NCBI GenBank assembly: GCA_963657885.1
Contig: CAVKNZ010000003.1
Span: 4,134 to 68,133, forward strand
Source: Bacteroidaceae bacterium
Lineage (GTDB): Bacteria; Bacillota_I; Bacilli_A; RFN20; CAG-826
Length of the DNA: 64,000 bases
Direction: 5' to 3'
Shown here: in pieces, positions 31,862 to 41,700 of the stretch
Layout: every line of letters starts with the position of its first letter
Position numbering within the stretch: the stretch's first letter is position 1
Position numbers and translations under genes: made by a program
The notes under the pieces: model-generated
Databases searched by the model: none
What the model was told of the DNA's origin: nothing
Seen by the model: the letters and a program-made list of their open reading frames with translations, nothing else

Positions 31862-33139
31862 ATGCCAGCTACAAAAAAAGAAAAGAAACCATCTAAGAAA
31901 ACGACTAAAACTGCTAAAAAGGTCGTTAAAGATGAATTCGATGACATCGATTTCGACACTAATGAAATTGAATCATTAGATTCCATCAAGAAAAGATTGC
32001 TTAAAAAAGCAAAAGAGAACGAAAATCAAATCGAAGAGTCAGAAATTTTCGATGAAACTTCTAATTTAGATTTAACAGATGATGAAGCTAGCGCTCTTCA
32101 AAATTACTTTTTAGATAACGGAATCAAAATTGTTTCCGATGAAGCGGAAGATGATATTGACAATTTAGAATATGGCAGCGATTTAAAAGATGATGACACA
32201 CTTCTTGATGATGATGATTTAGCTAATGAAGACTTCGAGGAAGATGTCCCAAGTGAACAAGAACTAAATGATTTATCAAAACTTGTCGCAGGTGAAGTCA
32301 AAGTTAATGACTCTGTTAAGATTTATCTTAAAGAAATCGGTAAAGTTCCTTTATTAACAGCGAAAGAAGAAACTGAATTAGCTAAACGCATCGCTGCAGG
32401 TGATGAAGATGCTAAACAGCAACTTATCAATGCTAACTTGCGTTTAGTCATTTCTATTGCCAAACGTTATGCTGGACGAGGCATGCCATTTCTTGATTTG
32501 ATTCAAGAAGGTAATATGGGCTTAATTAAAGCTGTTGAAAAGTTCGATTACACTAAAGGATTTAAGTTTTCAACTTACGCCACATGGTGGATTAGACAAG
32601 CTATTACAAGAGCTATCGCTGACCAAGCTCGTACCATTCGTATTCCTGTTCATATGGTTGAAACAATTAACAAAATCACTCGCGCTCAGCGCGAATTAGT
32701 GCAAAAACTAGGACGCGATCCAACAGCTGAAGAAATTAGTGAAAAACTCGATGGCGCTCTTTCCGCTGATAGAATTCGCGAAATTCAAAGAGTTAATCAA
32801 GAGCCAGTTTCACTAGAAACTCCGATTGGCGAAGAAGATGATTCTCGTCTTGCGGACTTCGTAGAAGACAAAGAAACTCTTTCGCCAAGCGAATACACTA
32901 GAAAAACACTTTTGAAACAAGAATTATATGAAGTAATGCGTGAAAGTTTAACTGACCGTGAAGAAAAAGTTTTACGTAGACGTTATGGCTTAGATGATAA
33001 TCATCCACGCACTCTTGAAGAAGTCGGAAAAGAATTCGGCGTTACTCGAGAACGTATTCGTCAAATCGAAGCAAAAGCAATTCGTACACTTCGCAAGAAA
33101 AATAAACTTAAAAAGCTTGGCGACTATCACGAGATTTAA
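31862..33139 (+). CDS. sigA: Primary sigma factor (RpoD/SigA)
   Basis: Acidic region 1, then [44 protein letters not shown], and region 4 [21 protein letters not shown]. Confidence 0.97.
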   Translation: MPATKKEKKPSKKTTKTAKKVVKDEFDDIDFDTNEIESLDSIKKRLLKKAKENENQIEESEIFDETSNLDLTDDEASALQNYFLDNGIKIVSDEAEDDIDNLEYGSDLKDDDTLLDDDDLANEDFEEDVPSEQELNDLSKLVAGEVKVNDSVKIYLKEIGKVPLLTAKEETELAKRIAAGDEDAKQQLINANLRLVISIAKRYAGRGMPFLDLIQEGNMGLIKAVEKFDYTKGFKFSTYATWWIRQAITRAIADQARTIRIPVHMVETINKITRAQRELVQKLGRDPTAEEISEKLDGALSADRIREIQRVNQEPVSLETPIGEEDDSRLADFVEDKETLSPSEYTRKTLLKQELYEVMRESLTDREEKVLRRRYGLDDNHPRTLEEVGKEFGVTRERIRQIEAKAIRTLRKKNKLKKLGDYHEI

Positions 33140-33142
33140 TCG

Positions 33143-33793
33143 ATGGTTTTATCTAAAAGATTAGAAACAATCGCTCAATGCGTACATCTTGATTCTTTCG
33201 TCTATGATGTCGGTGCTGATCATGGACTTTTAGAAAAATATCTTTTAGATAATAAAAAAGTCAAGCACATTGTTGCTGTTGAAAATAAAATCGGGCCATT
33301 TAATCAACTGAAAAGTAATTTGCTAGGTTATCAAAATGTCGATTTGCTTCTAAGCGATGGAATTAAAGACTTACCTAGTGAAGCTGATGTTTTGGTGCTT
33401 GCTGGTCTCGGAGGTCTTAAAATAATTGAAATATTATCGAAATATCCTGAAAAACTAGCCAACATTCAACAAATAGTTATAGACGCTCATAGAGATACAC
33501 CTCTAGTAAGAAAAGTTATTGTTAAATATGGTTTTAAGATTGAAAAAGAAACATTAGTTTTCGAAAATGGCATCTATTATTTCGTGATTTCTTTTGTTAA
33601 AGGCCAATCTAGCTACAATGAAGATGAATACGAATTTGGCTATAAAATAGCTCAAGATGAACTATTCTCGATGTATAAAAAAGATTTTATCGATGAAAAT
33701 CTTGAAATTGTTAAAAGAATAAAAAAATCAGATAAAAATGATATTAAAATTAAAGAAGTCGAAGAAAAGATTAGGAGAATTAATCGCTTATGA
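33143..33793 (+). CDS. trmK: tRNA (adenine22-N1)-methyltransferase TrmK
   Basis: LSKRLETIAQ...DVGADHGLL... matches the YqfN/TrmK N-terminus. Synteny after sigA. Confidence 0.8.
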   Translation: MVLSKRLETIAQCVHLDSFVYDVGADHGLLEKYLLDNKKVKHIVAVENKIGPFNQLKSNLLGYQNVDLLLSDGIKDLPSEADVLVLAGLGGLKIIEILSKYPEKLANIQQIVIDAHRDTPLVRKVIVKYGFKIEKETLVFENGIYYFVISFVKGQSSYNEDEYEFGYKIAQDELFSMYKKDFIDENLEIVKRIKKSDKNDIKIKEVEEKIRRINRL

Positions 33794-34563
33794 AAACATT
33801 GAAATTATTAAGAAGACTCGCAATTAGATTTCCTAAATCGCTTGCTAGCCATGGTGATTATGTCGGATTAATGACTGGAAAGCTAAAAGATGACACTAAA
33901 TCAATTCTACTTTGTCTTGATTTTGATGATACGGTATATAGTTTTGTTGCCAAAATGGCTAAAAAGCCTGATTTAATTCTCACCCATCATCCTTTTATTT
34001 ACGGGACCAAATATCGCGTTTTTCTTCACGATGAAGTTAAGAAAAATTTATGCGAAAGAATTGATAAATTAAATATCCCTGTTTACAGTATGCATACCAA
34101 TTTCGATACTGGAAAAGATGGAATGAACGATGCATTAGCTAATGCTTTAAAACTTAACGATATAAAGCCTTTAGAAACTTGCCCAATGGCTCGAGGTGGA
34201 AGTTTAGCTAAGCCTATGGAGATTCATGAATTTTCAAAATATGCGAATGAATGCTTAGGAATCGAATATTCTCATTTAATAAACGGCGGAAAGAAGACGA
34301 TTTCAACTGTGGCTATTTTAGGTGGCGGAGGCTCATATAAATATATCAATGCGATGAATGAAGGCTATGATATTTACATAAGCGGAGACACCCCTCATCA
34401 TATTCGACGCGATGTCATATCTTATAAATACAATTATTTAGATGTTTCTCATGAAGTCGAAAGAATTTTTATGCCTCAAATGAAAAAGATTCTTTTAGAA
34501 ATCGATCCTAGTTTAGATGTGATAATTGTCAACCACGAAGAACTTCCTGAACTAATCGTTTGA
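33790..34563 (+). CDS. Nif3-family dinuclear metal-centre protein (YqfO-like)
   Basis: LILTHHPFIY...MHTNFD...GGGG...SGDTPHH. Follows trmK as in Bacillus. Confidence 0.8.
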   Translation: MKTLKLLRRLAIRFPKSLASHGDYVGLMTGKLKDDTKSILLCLDFDDTVYSFVAKMAKKPDLILTHHPFIYGTKYRVFLHDEVKKNLCERIDKLNIPVYSMHTNFDTGKDGMNDALANALKLNDIKPLETCPMARGGSLAKPMEIHEFSKYANECLGIEYSHLINGGKKTISTVAILGGGGSYKYINAMNEGYDIYISGDTPHHIRRDVISYKYNYLDVSHEVERIFMPQMKKILLEIDPSLDVIIVNHEELPELIV

Positions 34564-35427
34564 TTGCTCAATAAAAGTTTTGATATCTTCGATTACTTTT
34601 TTAGGAGTTGAAGCTCCTGATATGATGGCTATTTCTTTAAAGGATGAAATGTCATCACTTTTTAATTCATCCTTATTTTCAAGCATTATAACTTTTGTGT
34701 TAGCAAAATGCTTTTTTGCCAAAGAATACAAAGTCAAAGTATTATTGGAATTCTTTCCTCCAACAACAAGAATTAAATCTGTGTTTTTGTCGATATTTAG
34801 CAATGCTTTTTGTCGTAAAAGAGAAGAATTGCATATGCTTGGATAAAAGCTGACGTTTCTTATCTCATGCTTAATTTTCTTTAATAGATTATTGACATCA
34901 AGTGAGGAAAAAGTCGATTGGGAAACGACAATTGTTTTTTCTTCTTTTTTCATGTCGGCATCTATTTTCCCATCAAGAGTTAATAGATGCACACGTTTAG
35001 ATAGCGATAAAGCTGCATCGCTTTCAGGATGATTTTCTTTGCCAATATAAATAAGCGAATATCCATCATCAAGATATTTATTCATATCGTTCATCGCCTT
35101 TTTTACAAACGGGCATGTGGCGTCGATATATTTTAAATGTCTTTCATTTAACTTATCTTCAATATCTTGGCTATGGCCATGAGCTGTTAAAATTACGATT
35201 GTATCATCATCAATTTCATCGATTAAATCGATTAATTTCTTTTCTTTTGAATATAAAGTAGCAATTGATAAATCTTCAATTTCTTTTAGGGCATCCTTGT
35301 TATGGACTAGCATTCCTAAAACGACGATTTTCTTATCAGGATGATCATTTTTAGCTTTTTTAGCTATGTTGATTGCTCTATAGACTCCTTGACAATATCC
35401 AGAAGGTTCATAAATTCTTACATTCAT
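34552..35427 (-). CDS. ispH: 4-hydroxy-3-methylbut-2-enyl diphosphate reductase (MEP pathway)
   Basis: MNVRIYEPSGYCQGV..., LTAHGHS, CPFV, VVGGKNSNNT. I chose the ATG at 35427. An extended -10 TGcTATTAT (35443-35435) lies 7 nt upstream of it. Confidence 0.9.
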   Translation of the reverse strand: MNVRIYEPSGYCQGVYRAINIAKKAKNDHPDKKIVVLGMLVHNKDALKEIEDLSIATLYSKEKKLIDLIDEIDDDTIVILTAHGHSQDIEDKLNERHLKYIDATCPFVKKAMNDMNKYLDDGYSLIYIGKENHPESDAALSLSKRVHLLTLDGKIDADMKKEEKTIVVSQSTFSSLDVNNLLKKIKHEIRNVSFYPSICNSSLLRQKALLNIDKNTDLILVVGGKNSNNTLTLYSLAKKHFANTKVIMLENKDELKSDDISSFKEIAIISGASTPKKVIEDIKTFIEQSND

Positions 35428-35484
35428 TGGTTTAATAATAGCATAGCTAAAGTTTTGAATGTATAATAAAGCGAGCAAATTCTT

Positions 35485-36843
35485 ATGTCATTTAAAGCTA
35501 TAAATTTATCAGATAAAATGATCACTTCCTTAACAAGACAAGGATATTTTGAACCTTCTTCTATTCAACTAAAAGTCATCCCGAAAGCCTTAAAAGGCAA
35601 CACTTTGATGGTTCAATCTGCGACTGGCACCGGCAAAACTTTATGCTATTTATTACCAATTATTGAAAATACCGAATGCTCTAAAAAAAATCTCCAAGCT
35701 ATTGTTGTTGCACCTACGCGTGAATTAGCGAGTCAAATATATAATTTTGCAATTCCTTTCACTAAAGAATTCACAAATCTAAAAATTCGGCTATTAAAAG
35801 CCGGTGAAGAAATTGATGAATCATTAAAAGGATTAAACGAAAACCCTCAAATTATAATTGGCACGCCTGGTAGACTTGTCGATGTTTTAGTTAAAAACAA
35901 TGCCTTGAAACTAAATAATGTTAAAACAGTGGTTCTTGATGAAGCCGATATGCTATTAAAAGAAGGCTATTTTGCTGAAATTGACCAAATTGTTGATAAA
36001 TTAGCAAAAGTTCAATTCCTTGTCTTTTCAGCAACCTTAGAGAAAACTTTAGCGGCTGAACTTGATAAATATGTCGGCTCAAATATATCGATTATCAACG
36101 AAGAAATATTAACATCACAAAACGTTAAACATTATCTAATTGACATTAAACACATTCCTCAAACTGAGGCGGTTGAACAGTTTATAAACATTATAAATCC
36201 ATACCTTTTGCTTATATTCGCTTCAAAAAAAGAAAAAGCCAATGTAATTTATTCTTATTTAAAAGCGAAAAAATATAAAGCAGGACTCCTCACTGGCGAT
36301 TTAAGTTCGCGAGAACGTAAAAACGTAATGAAGGCGTTACATAATGAGCAAATTTATATTCTTGTTTGTTCTGACATGGCGGCGAGAGGCCTAGATATCG
36401 ATGATGTAAGCGACATTTTAAATGTCGATTTACCAATGAATCTTGATTTCTATTTCCATCGAGCAGGCCGAACTGGTAGATTTTCTAAAAAAGGTAATTG
36501 TTATACTTTTTACAATTCCGATAGCGTTAAACGACCTTTAGAACTCGTATCGCGAGGCGTTAAATTTGAATACTTAGTTTTAAAAGACAATAATTTAACT
36601 CTAGGTAAGGAAATAACTAAAAAAGTCTTAAAGCCTAAACGAGTCGATGATGAGCTCAATAAAGAAATCAAAAAAATAACCAACATTTCTAAAGCAAAAA
36701 ATAAAAAAGTTAAGCCGGGTTATAAGAAAAAAACTCGATTAGCGGTGGATAAAGCTAAAAGAAAACACCGTCGAGAACTGATTAAAAAAGATATTCGCCG
36801 ACAAAGAGTCGAACGTTACAAAAAGGAAAGCAATGGAAGATAA
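35485..36843 (+). CDS. cshB: DEAD-box RNA helicase (CshB-like)
   Basis: Q-motif region, SATGTGKT, APTRELA, VLDEAD, SAT, ARGLD, HRAGRTGR, and a basic C-terminal tail. The ispH-cshB-nfo synteny matches B. subtilis yqfP-yqfR-yqfS. Confidence 0.8.
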   Translation: MSFKAINLSDKMITSLTRQGYFEPSSIQLKVIPKALKGNTLMVQSATGTGKTLCYLLPIIENTECSKKNLQAIVVAPTRELASQIYNFAIPFTKEFTNLKIRLLKAGEEIDESLKGLNENPQIIIGTPGRLVDVLVKNNALKLNNVKTVVLDEADMLLKEGYFAEIDQIVDKLAKVQFLVFSATLEKTLAAELDKYVGSNISIINEEILTSQNVKHYLIDIKHIPQTEAVEQFINIINPYLLLIFASKKEKANVIYSYLKAKKYKAGLLTGDLSSRERKNVMKALHNEQIYILVCSDMAARGLDIDDVSDILNVDLPMNLDFYFHRAGRTGRFSKKGNCYTFYNSDSVKRPLELVSRGVKFEYLVLKDNNLTLGKEITKKVLKPKRVDDELNKEIKKITNISKAKNKKVKPGYKKKTRLAVDKAKRKHRRELIKKDIRRQRVERYKKESNGR

Positions 36844-37717
36844 AATTTATATTGGATCACATGTATCCTTAAAAGCACCTGATTATTATCTTGGCAGCGT
36901 CAAAGAAGCAATAAGTTATAATTCAACAACTTTTATGTTTTATACGGGCGCTCCGCAAAACTCATTTCGTTTGCCTTTAGAAAAGTTAAAAATCGATGAA
37001 GGTAGAGCCTTAATCAAGGAATCATCTTTAGATGAATCGAAAATTATTGTTCACGCCCCTTACATTATCAATATTGCGAATAAACTCAACGAAAAGCTCT
37101 ATGAAATGAGTAAAGATATATTGCTAAATGAGCTTAAGCGCGTCGCTGGTTTTAATTTGAAAATATTAGTTCTTCATCCAGGAAGCCACGTCGGCACAGG
37201 TGTGGAAAATGGATTAACTTCAATTGTCGAAGCTCTCGATGATGTTTTTTCTCGCGATCATAGCGATGTAAAAATCGCATTAGAAACGATGGCGGGAAAA
37301 GGTAATGAAATGGGCTCTACGTTTGAACAAATTGATTACATCATTAAGCATGTTAAAGATAGCCATCGCTTAGGTGTGTGTTTTGATACATGCCACGTAA
37401 ACGATGAAGGAGTCGATGTTAAAGATGTTGATAAAACGATTGAAACATTCGATAAAATAATTGGTTTAAATCGTTTGTTATGCATTCACATCAATGATTC
37501 AAAAAATCCTTTAGGTTCGCATAAAGATCGTCACGAAAATATTGGCTATGGCGAAATTGGCTTTGATGCTATTTATAAATATGTCCATCATCCTAAATTA
37601 GTGAATGTGCCAAAAATTTTAGAGACTCCCTATGTTGATAGTAACCCTCCATATAAACAAGAAATTAAAATGCTTTTAGATGGAAAATACGATCCATCTT
37701 GGAAAGAAAATTTATAA
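36833..37717 (+). CDS. nfo: Endonuclease IV
   Basis: IGSHVS, HAPYIINIA, HPGSH, LETMAGKG, FDTCH, HINDSK. Confidence 0.93.
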   Translation: MEDKIYIGSHVSLKAPDYYLGSVKEAISYNSTTFMFYTGAPQNSFRLPLEKLKIDEGRALIKESSLDESKIIVHAPYIINIANKLNEKLYEMSKDILLNELKRVAGFNLKILVLHPGSHVGTGVENGLTSIVEALDDVFSRDHSDVKIALETMAGKGNEMGSTFEQIDYIIKHVKDSHRLGVCFDTCHVNDEGVDVKDVDKTIETFDKIIGLNRLLCIHINDSKNPLGSHKDRHENIGYGEIGFDAIYKYVHHPKLVNVPKILETPYVDSNPPYKQEIKMLLDGKYDPSWKENL

Positions 37718-38770
37718 TTTAGCAATTTCTTTGACAAGCTCGTTATAGATATCTTTATCTTTAACTGTTTTTATAATTTTATCTTTTTTAAAGATAACCC
37801 ATTGGTCTTTTCCACCGGCGCAGCCTAAATCCGCACGCTTTGCTTCGCCTGGTCCATTGACAATGCAGCCCATAATAGCAATGGTTTTATTGATTTTATT
37901 CTCTTCCAGATATTTAAGTATTTTGTTAGCTAAAGGAACTAAATCAACTTGCGTCCTTCCGCAAGTAGGACAAGAGATAAGATTTGGATAATCGTTTCTT
38001 AGATTTAAATCTTTTAGTAAACGTCGGCAAGCTTTAATTTCTTCTTCTGGGCTATCGCTTAATGAAATTCTAATTGTATCGCCTATTCCTTCTAAAAGCA
38101 GAGGTGCAATACCAGCGACGCTTCTTATTAAGCCAATATCTTTTGGACCAGCTTCGGTAATGCCAATATGCAAAGGATAGCTAAATTCTTTACTTGCTAG
38201 TCTATAAGCTTCAATTGTTTCAAGAACATGGGAACATTTTAAAGATATTACAATGTTATAGAATGACAAATCTTCTAAGATTTTCACCATGCTTTTAGCT
38301 GATTTAACTAATTCTTCGGCCCTCACGATTGAAGTATTTTTATTTATTTTTTCATCGATTGAGCCGGAGTTTACTCCAATTCTAATCGGGATATTTCTTT
38401 CTTTGCATAGTTCAACGACTTTTTTAACATTTTCTTCGCTTCCGATATTTCCTGGGTTTAATCTAACAGCATCGACATTAGAATTTATAGCCTCTATTGC
38501 CAGGCGATAATCAAAATGAATATCTGCGATTAAAGGTATAGAAATTTGTTTTTTAATTTCTTTGATTGCTTTAGCATCTTCAATATCTAATACGGAAACG
38601 CGCATTAAATCAGCACCTAAAGCAGCGCAAGAATTAATTTGTTTAATAACTTCTTTTACATTCGATGTTTTTATATTGCACATCGATTGTATTAGAATCT
38701 TATTTTCTCCGCCGATTGATGTGTTTCCAACTTTTATTTTCTTAGTTAGTTCTCTCTTTAATTTTTCCAT
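37712..38770 (-). CDS. ispG: 4-hydroxy-3-methylbut-2-en-1-yl diphosphate synthase (MEP pathway)
   Basis: VGNTSIGGENKILIQSM, RLNPGN, ISCPTCGR and GCIVNGPGE (Fe-S cysteines). Confidence 0.93.
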   Translation of the reverse strand: MEKLKRELTKKIKVGNTSIGGENKILIQSMCNIKTSNVKEVIKQINSCAALGADLMRVSVLDIEDAKAIKEIKKQISIPLIADIHFDYRLAIEAINSNVDAVRLNPGNIGSEENVKKVVELCKERNIPIRIGVNSGSIDEKINKNTSIVRAEELVKSAKSMVKILEDLSFYNIVISLKCSHVLETIEAYRLASKEFSYPLHIGITEAGPKDIGLIRSVAGIAPLLLEGIGDTIRISLSDSPEEEIKACRRLLKDLNLRNDYPNLISCPTCGRTQVDLVPLANKILKYLEENKINKTIAIMGCIVNGPGEAKRADLGCAGGKDQWVIFKKDKIIKTVKDKDIYNELVKEIAKL

Positions 38771-38860
38771 ATTATAAGTATTATAAACTTAGAAAATATC
38801 TTGTAGATATCTTTTTTCTATTGTGATATTATCTATCTTGCTTAACAAAGGAGTGATTTT

Positions 38861-39022
38861 ATGGCTAACAAAGTTCGAAGCAGTATCACATTAAAATGCA
38901 CTGTCTGCGGTGAAGAAAATTACATCACATCAAAAAATAAAAAAGAACATCCTGACAGAATGGAAATCAAAAAATATTGCCCTAGATGCAAAAAGCAAAC
39001 CATCCATAAGGAGAAAAAATAA
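38861..39022 (+). CDS. rpmG: 50S ribosomal protein L33 (below the ORF-track size cutoff)
   Basis: My own translation gives [53 protein letters not shown]. The SD is AAAGGAG. Confidence 0.9.
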   Translation: MANKVRSSITLKCTVCGEENYITSKNKKEHPDRMEIKKYCPRCKKQTIHKEKK

Positions 39023-39041
39023 GGACTTAGTCCTTTTTTTT
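39021..39041 (+). terminator. Short rho-independent terminator after rpmG
   Basis: AAGGAC-tta-GTCCTT followed by TTTTTTT. Confidence 0.6.
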
Positions 39042-39051
39042 ACATTTAAAA

Positions 39052-39675
39052 ATGGTTGATATTTATTGTTCGGGTTCTGCGTGCAATTCTTATTTAATCT
39101 ATGATGATATTCATCAAGGCTTTATCGTTGATCCTGGATATAACGAAAACGGAAATTATCTTAAGCATATCAAGAAATTAAATGTCGATGTTTTGGCGGT
39201 TTTACTAACTCACGCCCATTATGACCACATTGGAGCATTAGAAGATATATGTAAAGCATTTCCTAACGCTATTTGCTATATTGCTAAAGAAGAAAAAGAA
39301 TTGCTCGATAACCCTTCACTAAATTTAAGCGTTTATTCAAAGCCATTAACTTATGTGCCTAATAATTTAGTTGAATTATTCGATGGCGAAGAATTTAGTA
39401 TAGCTAATTTTAATATCAAAATAATTATGACTCCTTTTCACACGATTGGAAGCGCATGCTACTATCTGAAAAAGGAAAATATTCTTTTTTCCGGTGATAC
39501 TTTATTCCGTTCATCAATAGGAAGAACTGATTTACCTACTGGTTCAAATAGAACAGTGGAATCTAGTTTAAATAAACTTTTAAATTTAACTAATGAAACG
39601 ATAATTTACCCTGGACACGGTCCGAAAACAACTTTAGAACGTGAAAAGAATTACAATCCATATTTGAAGATTTGA
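39052..39675 (+). CDS. MBL-fold metallo-hydrolase (YqgX / glyoxalase II-like)
   Basis: LLTHAHYDHIGA (HxHxDH), TPFHT, SGDTLF, PGHG. Confidence 0.8.
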   Translation: MVDIYCSGSACNSYLIYDDIHQGFIVDPGYNENGNYLKHIKKLNVDVLAVLLTHAHYDHIGALEDICKAFPNAICYIAKEEKELLDNPSLNLSVYSKPLTYVPNNLVELFDGEEFSIANFNIKIIMTPFHTIGSACYYLKKENILFSGDTLFRSSIGRTDLPTGSNRTVESSLNKLLNLTNETIIYPGHGPKTTLEREKNYNPYLKI

Positions 39676-39718
39676 TGAATATAAGTATAATATTCATACA
39701 CTTACGGAGGAGAAAAAG

Positions 39719-40273
39719 ATGAATGTTACTGAATTAAGACCAGGGAACTATTTCATTGATGAAGGCAATCTTTATCAAGTAATGGATATATTGCTCAATA
39801 AAACAGCGATGAGAAAAATGGTTGCCAAAGTTAAAGCCAAAAATATGCGCACTGGCGCGATTACCGAACTTGCTCGTAACAGCGGTTATGATGTTGAAAA
39901 AGCTGTATTAACAAAGAAGAAAATGGCATTTTTATACGATGCCGGTGACAATTTAGTGTTTATGGACAATAACACTTTTGATCAAATTGAAATAGCTAAG
40001 AAAAGATTAGAATGGGAAGTTAATTTCCTAGTTCCAAATTCGGAAATCGATATTTTATTCTACGATGATGAAATTTTAGGAATTACCTTGCCTTCAAGCG
40101 TCGCTTTAAAAATTACTGATTGCGAACCAGGTGTTCGTGGTGACACAGTCAACAAAGCCATGAAATTAGCAACCGTTGAAACTGGCTATCAACTTAAAGT
40201 CCCATTATTTATTAATAATGGTGAAACAATTCTTGTGCGCACTGATACAGGCGCATACGACGGAAGAGCCTAG
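39719..40273 (+). CDS. efp: Elongation factor P
   Basis: Full-length alignment by eye to EF-P (LRPGN..., GDTVNKAMKLATVETGYQLKVPLFI). The loop that normally reads KPGKG reads NKTAMRK here. Confidence 0.9.
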   Translation: MNVTELRPGNYFIDEGNLYQVMDILLNKTAMRKMVAKVKAKNMRTGAITELARNSGYDVEKAVLTKKKMAFLYDAGDNLVFMDNNTFDQIEIAKKRLEWEVNFLVPNSEIDILFYDDEILGITLPSSVALKITDCEPGVRGDTVNKAMKLATVETGYQLKVPLFINNGETILVRTDTGAYDGRA

Positions 40274-40284
40274 GAGTTACAATA

Positions 40285-40515
40285 ATGGTAATGGTTGATT
40301 TACAAGTTGGTGGACTTGTTGGAATCATTATTGGTTGCGTTATTGGAGGTTTAGTTATTGGGTTCTTCTTATCTCGTTGGTTTTTTAAACAACAATTGAA
40401 GAAAAATCCGCCAATTAACGAAAACATGATTAGAGCAATGTTTATGCAAATGGGGCAAAAACCTAGTGAAGCAAAAATTCGCGCTGTCATGAATGCGATG
40501 AAGAGAAATCAATAA
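40285..40515 (+). CDS. UPF0154 (YneF-like) small membrane protein
   Basis: One N-terminal TM helix, then KNPPINENMIRAMFMQMGQKPSEAKIRAVMNAM, typical of the YneF family. Confidence 0.8.
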   Translation: MVMVDLQVGGLVGIIIGCVIGGLVIGFFLSRWFFKQQLKKNPPINENMIRAMFMQMGQKPSEAKIRAVMNAMKRNQ

Positions 40516-40538
40516 TTAGTTCGTTTAATAGAAAATAC

Positions 40539-40567
40539 ACGCTATCGAAAGGTAGCGTTTTATTTTG
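40539..40567 (+). terminator. Rho-independent terminator after the yneF-like gene
   Basis: ACGCTA-tcgaaagg-TAGCGT followed by TTTTATTTTG. Confidence 0.7.
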
Positions 40568-40840
40568 TCAATGAAAAGATTTTTTATTCATTGAAAAAGA
40601 AAATTATCATTAAGAAGTATATTGCATTATTTTATAGTAACGATCATAGTCGATGAAACGTTTAAAATCATAAGAAGTTGTGATGGTGGTATTAATAATT
40701 TCTGATTTGTTATAAAAGTTGCTAATTAAAGTCTTTCTTAAAGAAGTTAATTAAAAATCGTCAATTAAAAACTGCAATAAAATCGAAATATTTTTTAGTT
40801 AAATTTTTGATGTGGAAAATTATTCACAAATAATAAAACG

Positions 40841-40867
40841 ACTAAAAATCTACTAATTGATAACTAT
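40841..40867 (+). repeat. Phased pentamer repeat, copy D (ACTAA-N6-ACTAA-N6-ACTAT)
   Basis: ACTAAaaatctACTAAttgataACTAT is 23/27 identical to copy C. It ends 5 nt from the plsY stop codon (minus-strand gene). Confidence 0.75.
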
Positions 40868-40872
40868 ATTAT

Positions 40873-41604
40873 TTATTTCATCCAAGAAATTTTTCTCTCT
40901 TGGTGATTGACTAATCTAGCGATGTTGGCCTTGTGGCGAACAATCAATATGAAGGCAATCAATGTTGTGACGCTAGCAAATTCCCAGCCGCAGACTACAA
41001 AGCTTCCAGCTCCCCACATAAAAATGTCAACTGAAAAGCTTGAAATGCAAATTTTTAAGATAAATAATAGCCAAGAAATTAATGAAGATATAATCGCTGT
41101 GCATATCGAAGATAGTGAGACGTATTTTTTAAGTTTCAATACACCGAAGAAAGTCAAAATTCCAATAATTACTTCTAGCCAACAAGTAGCGATGGCAAAA
41201 CCACAGAAAGTTGCGACAGCTTTTCCACCCTTAAAACCAGCAAAGATTGGCCAGCAATGTCCAATCGCCGCGCCTAGCGGAGCTAAATAAATGTATAAAA
41301 TGTGAAAATTATCCCAAGCATCTGATGCCAATAATTCTTTTAGAGGTGAAAATGTGATTACCGCCCAGACACTAACAAGCGGAATTACGCATTTAATCAT
41401 GTCAATAATTATTACGATGAAACCAACTTTTTTGCCAAATACTCTACCAACGTTTGTTCCACCAGAATTTTTTGAGCCTTCCAAACGCGGATCGCGGTGA
41501 AAAAAGAGTTTTCCAATTATTACCCCAGTAGGTATACTGCCAAATAAATAGCCAACGAATAAAGAACAAAATCCAACAACTATATTATATAAAATAATAT
41601 CCAT
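40873..41604 (-). CDS. plsY: Glycerol-3-phosphate acyltransferase PlsY (acyl-phosphate dependent), with extra C-terminal helices
   Basis: GYLFGSIPTGVIIGK...DPRLEGSKNSGGTNVGR...FKGGKAVAT. Divergent from parE as in Bacillus. 243 aa, compared with ~200 aa usually. Confidence 0.88.
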   Translation of the reverse strand: MDIILYNIVVGFCSLFVGYLFGSIPTGVIIGKLFFHRDPRLEGSKNSGGTNVGRVFGKKVGFIVIIIDMIKCVIPLVSVWAVITFSPLKELLASDAWDNFHILYIYLAPLGAAIGHCWPIFAGFKGGKAVATFCGFAIATCWLEVIIGILTFFGVLKLKKYVSLSSICTAIISSLISWLLFILKICISSFSVDIFMWGAGSFVVCGWEFASVTTLIAFILIVRHKANIARLVNHQERKISWMK

Positions 41605-41700
41605 TTTTTCTCCGATTAACTTTCACCATAATACTAAAAAAGTAAGTTACTTTTCAACCTATTTTTTGCTATAATCAATTTTTGAAAATTGAATATAAAA

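Noticed and set aside
39676-39718. The inverted repeat TGAATAT-N7-ATATTCA overlapping a TATAAT box upstream of efp, as a possible operator.
   Set aside because: It is a short, purely A/T palindrome that overlaps a promoter-like hexamer, with no second copy in the window. It cannot be distinguished from chance.
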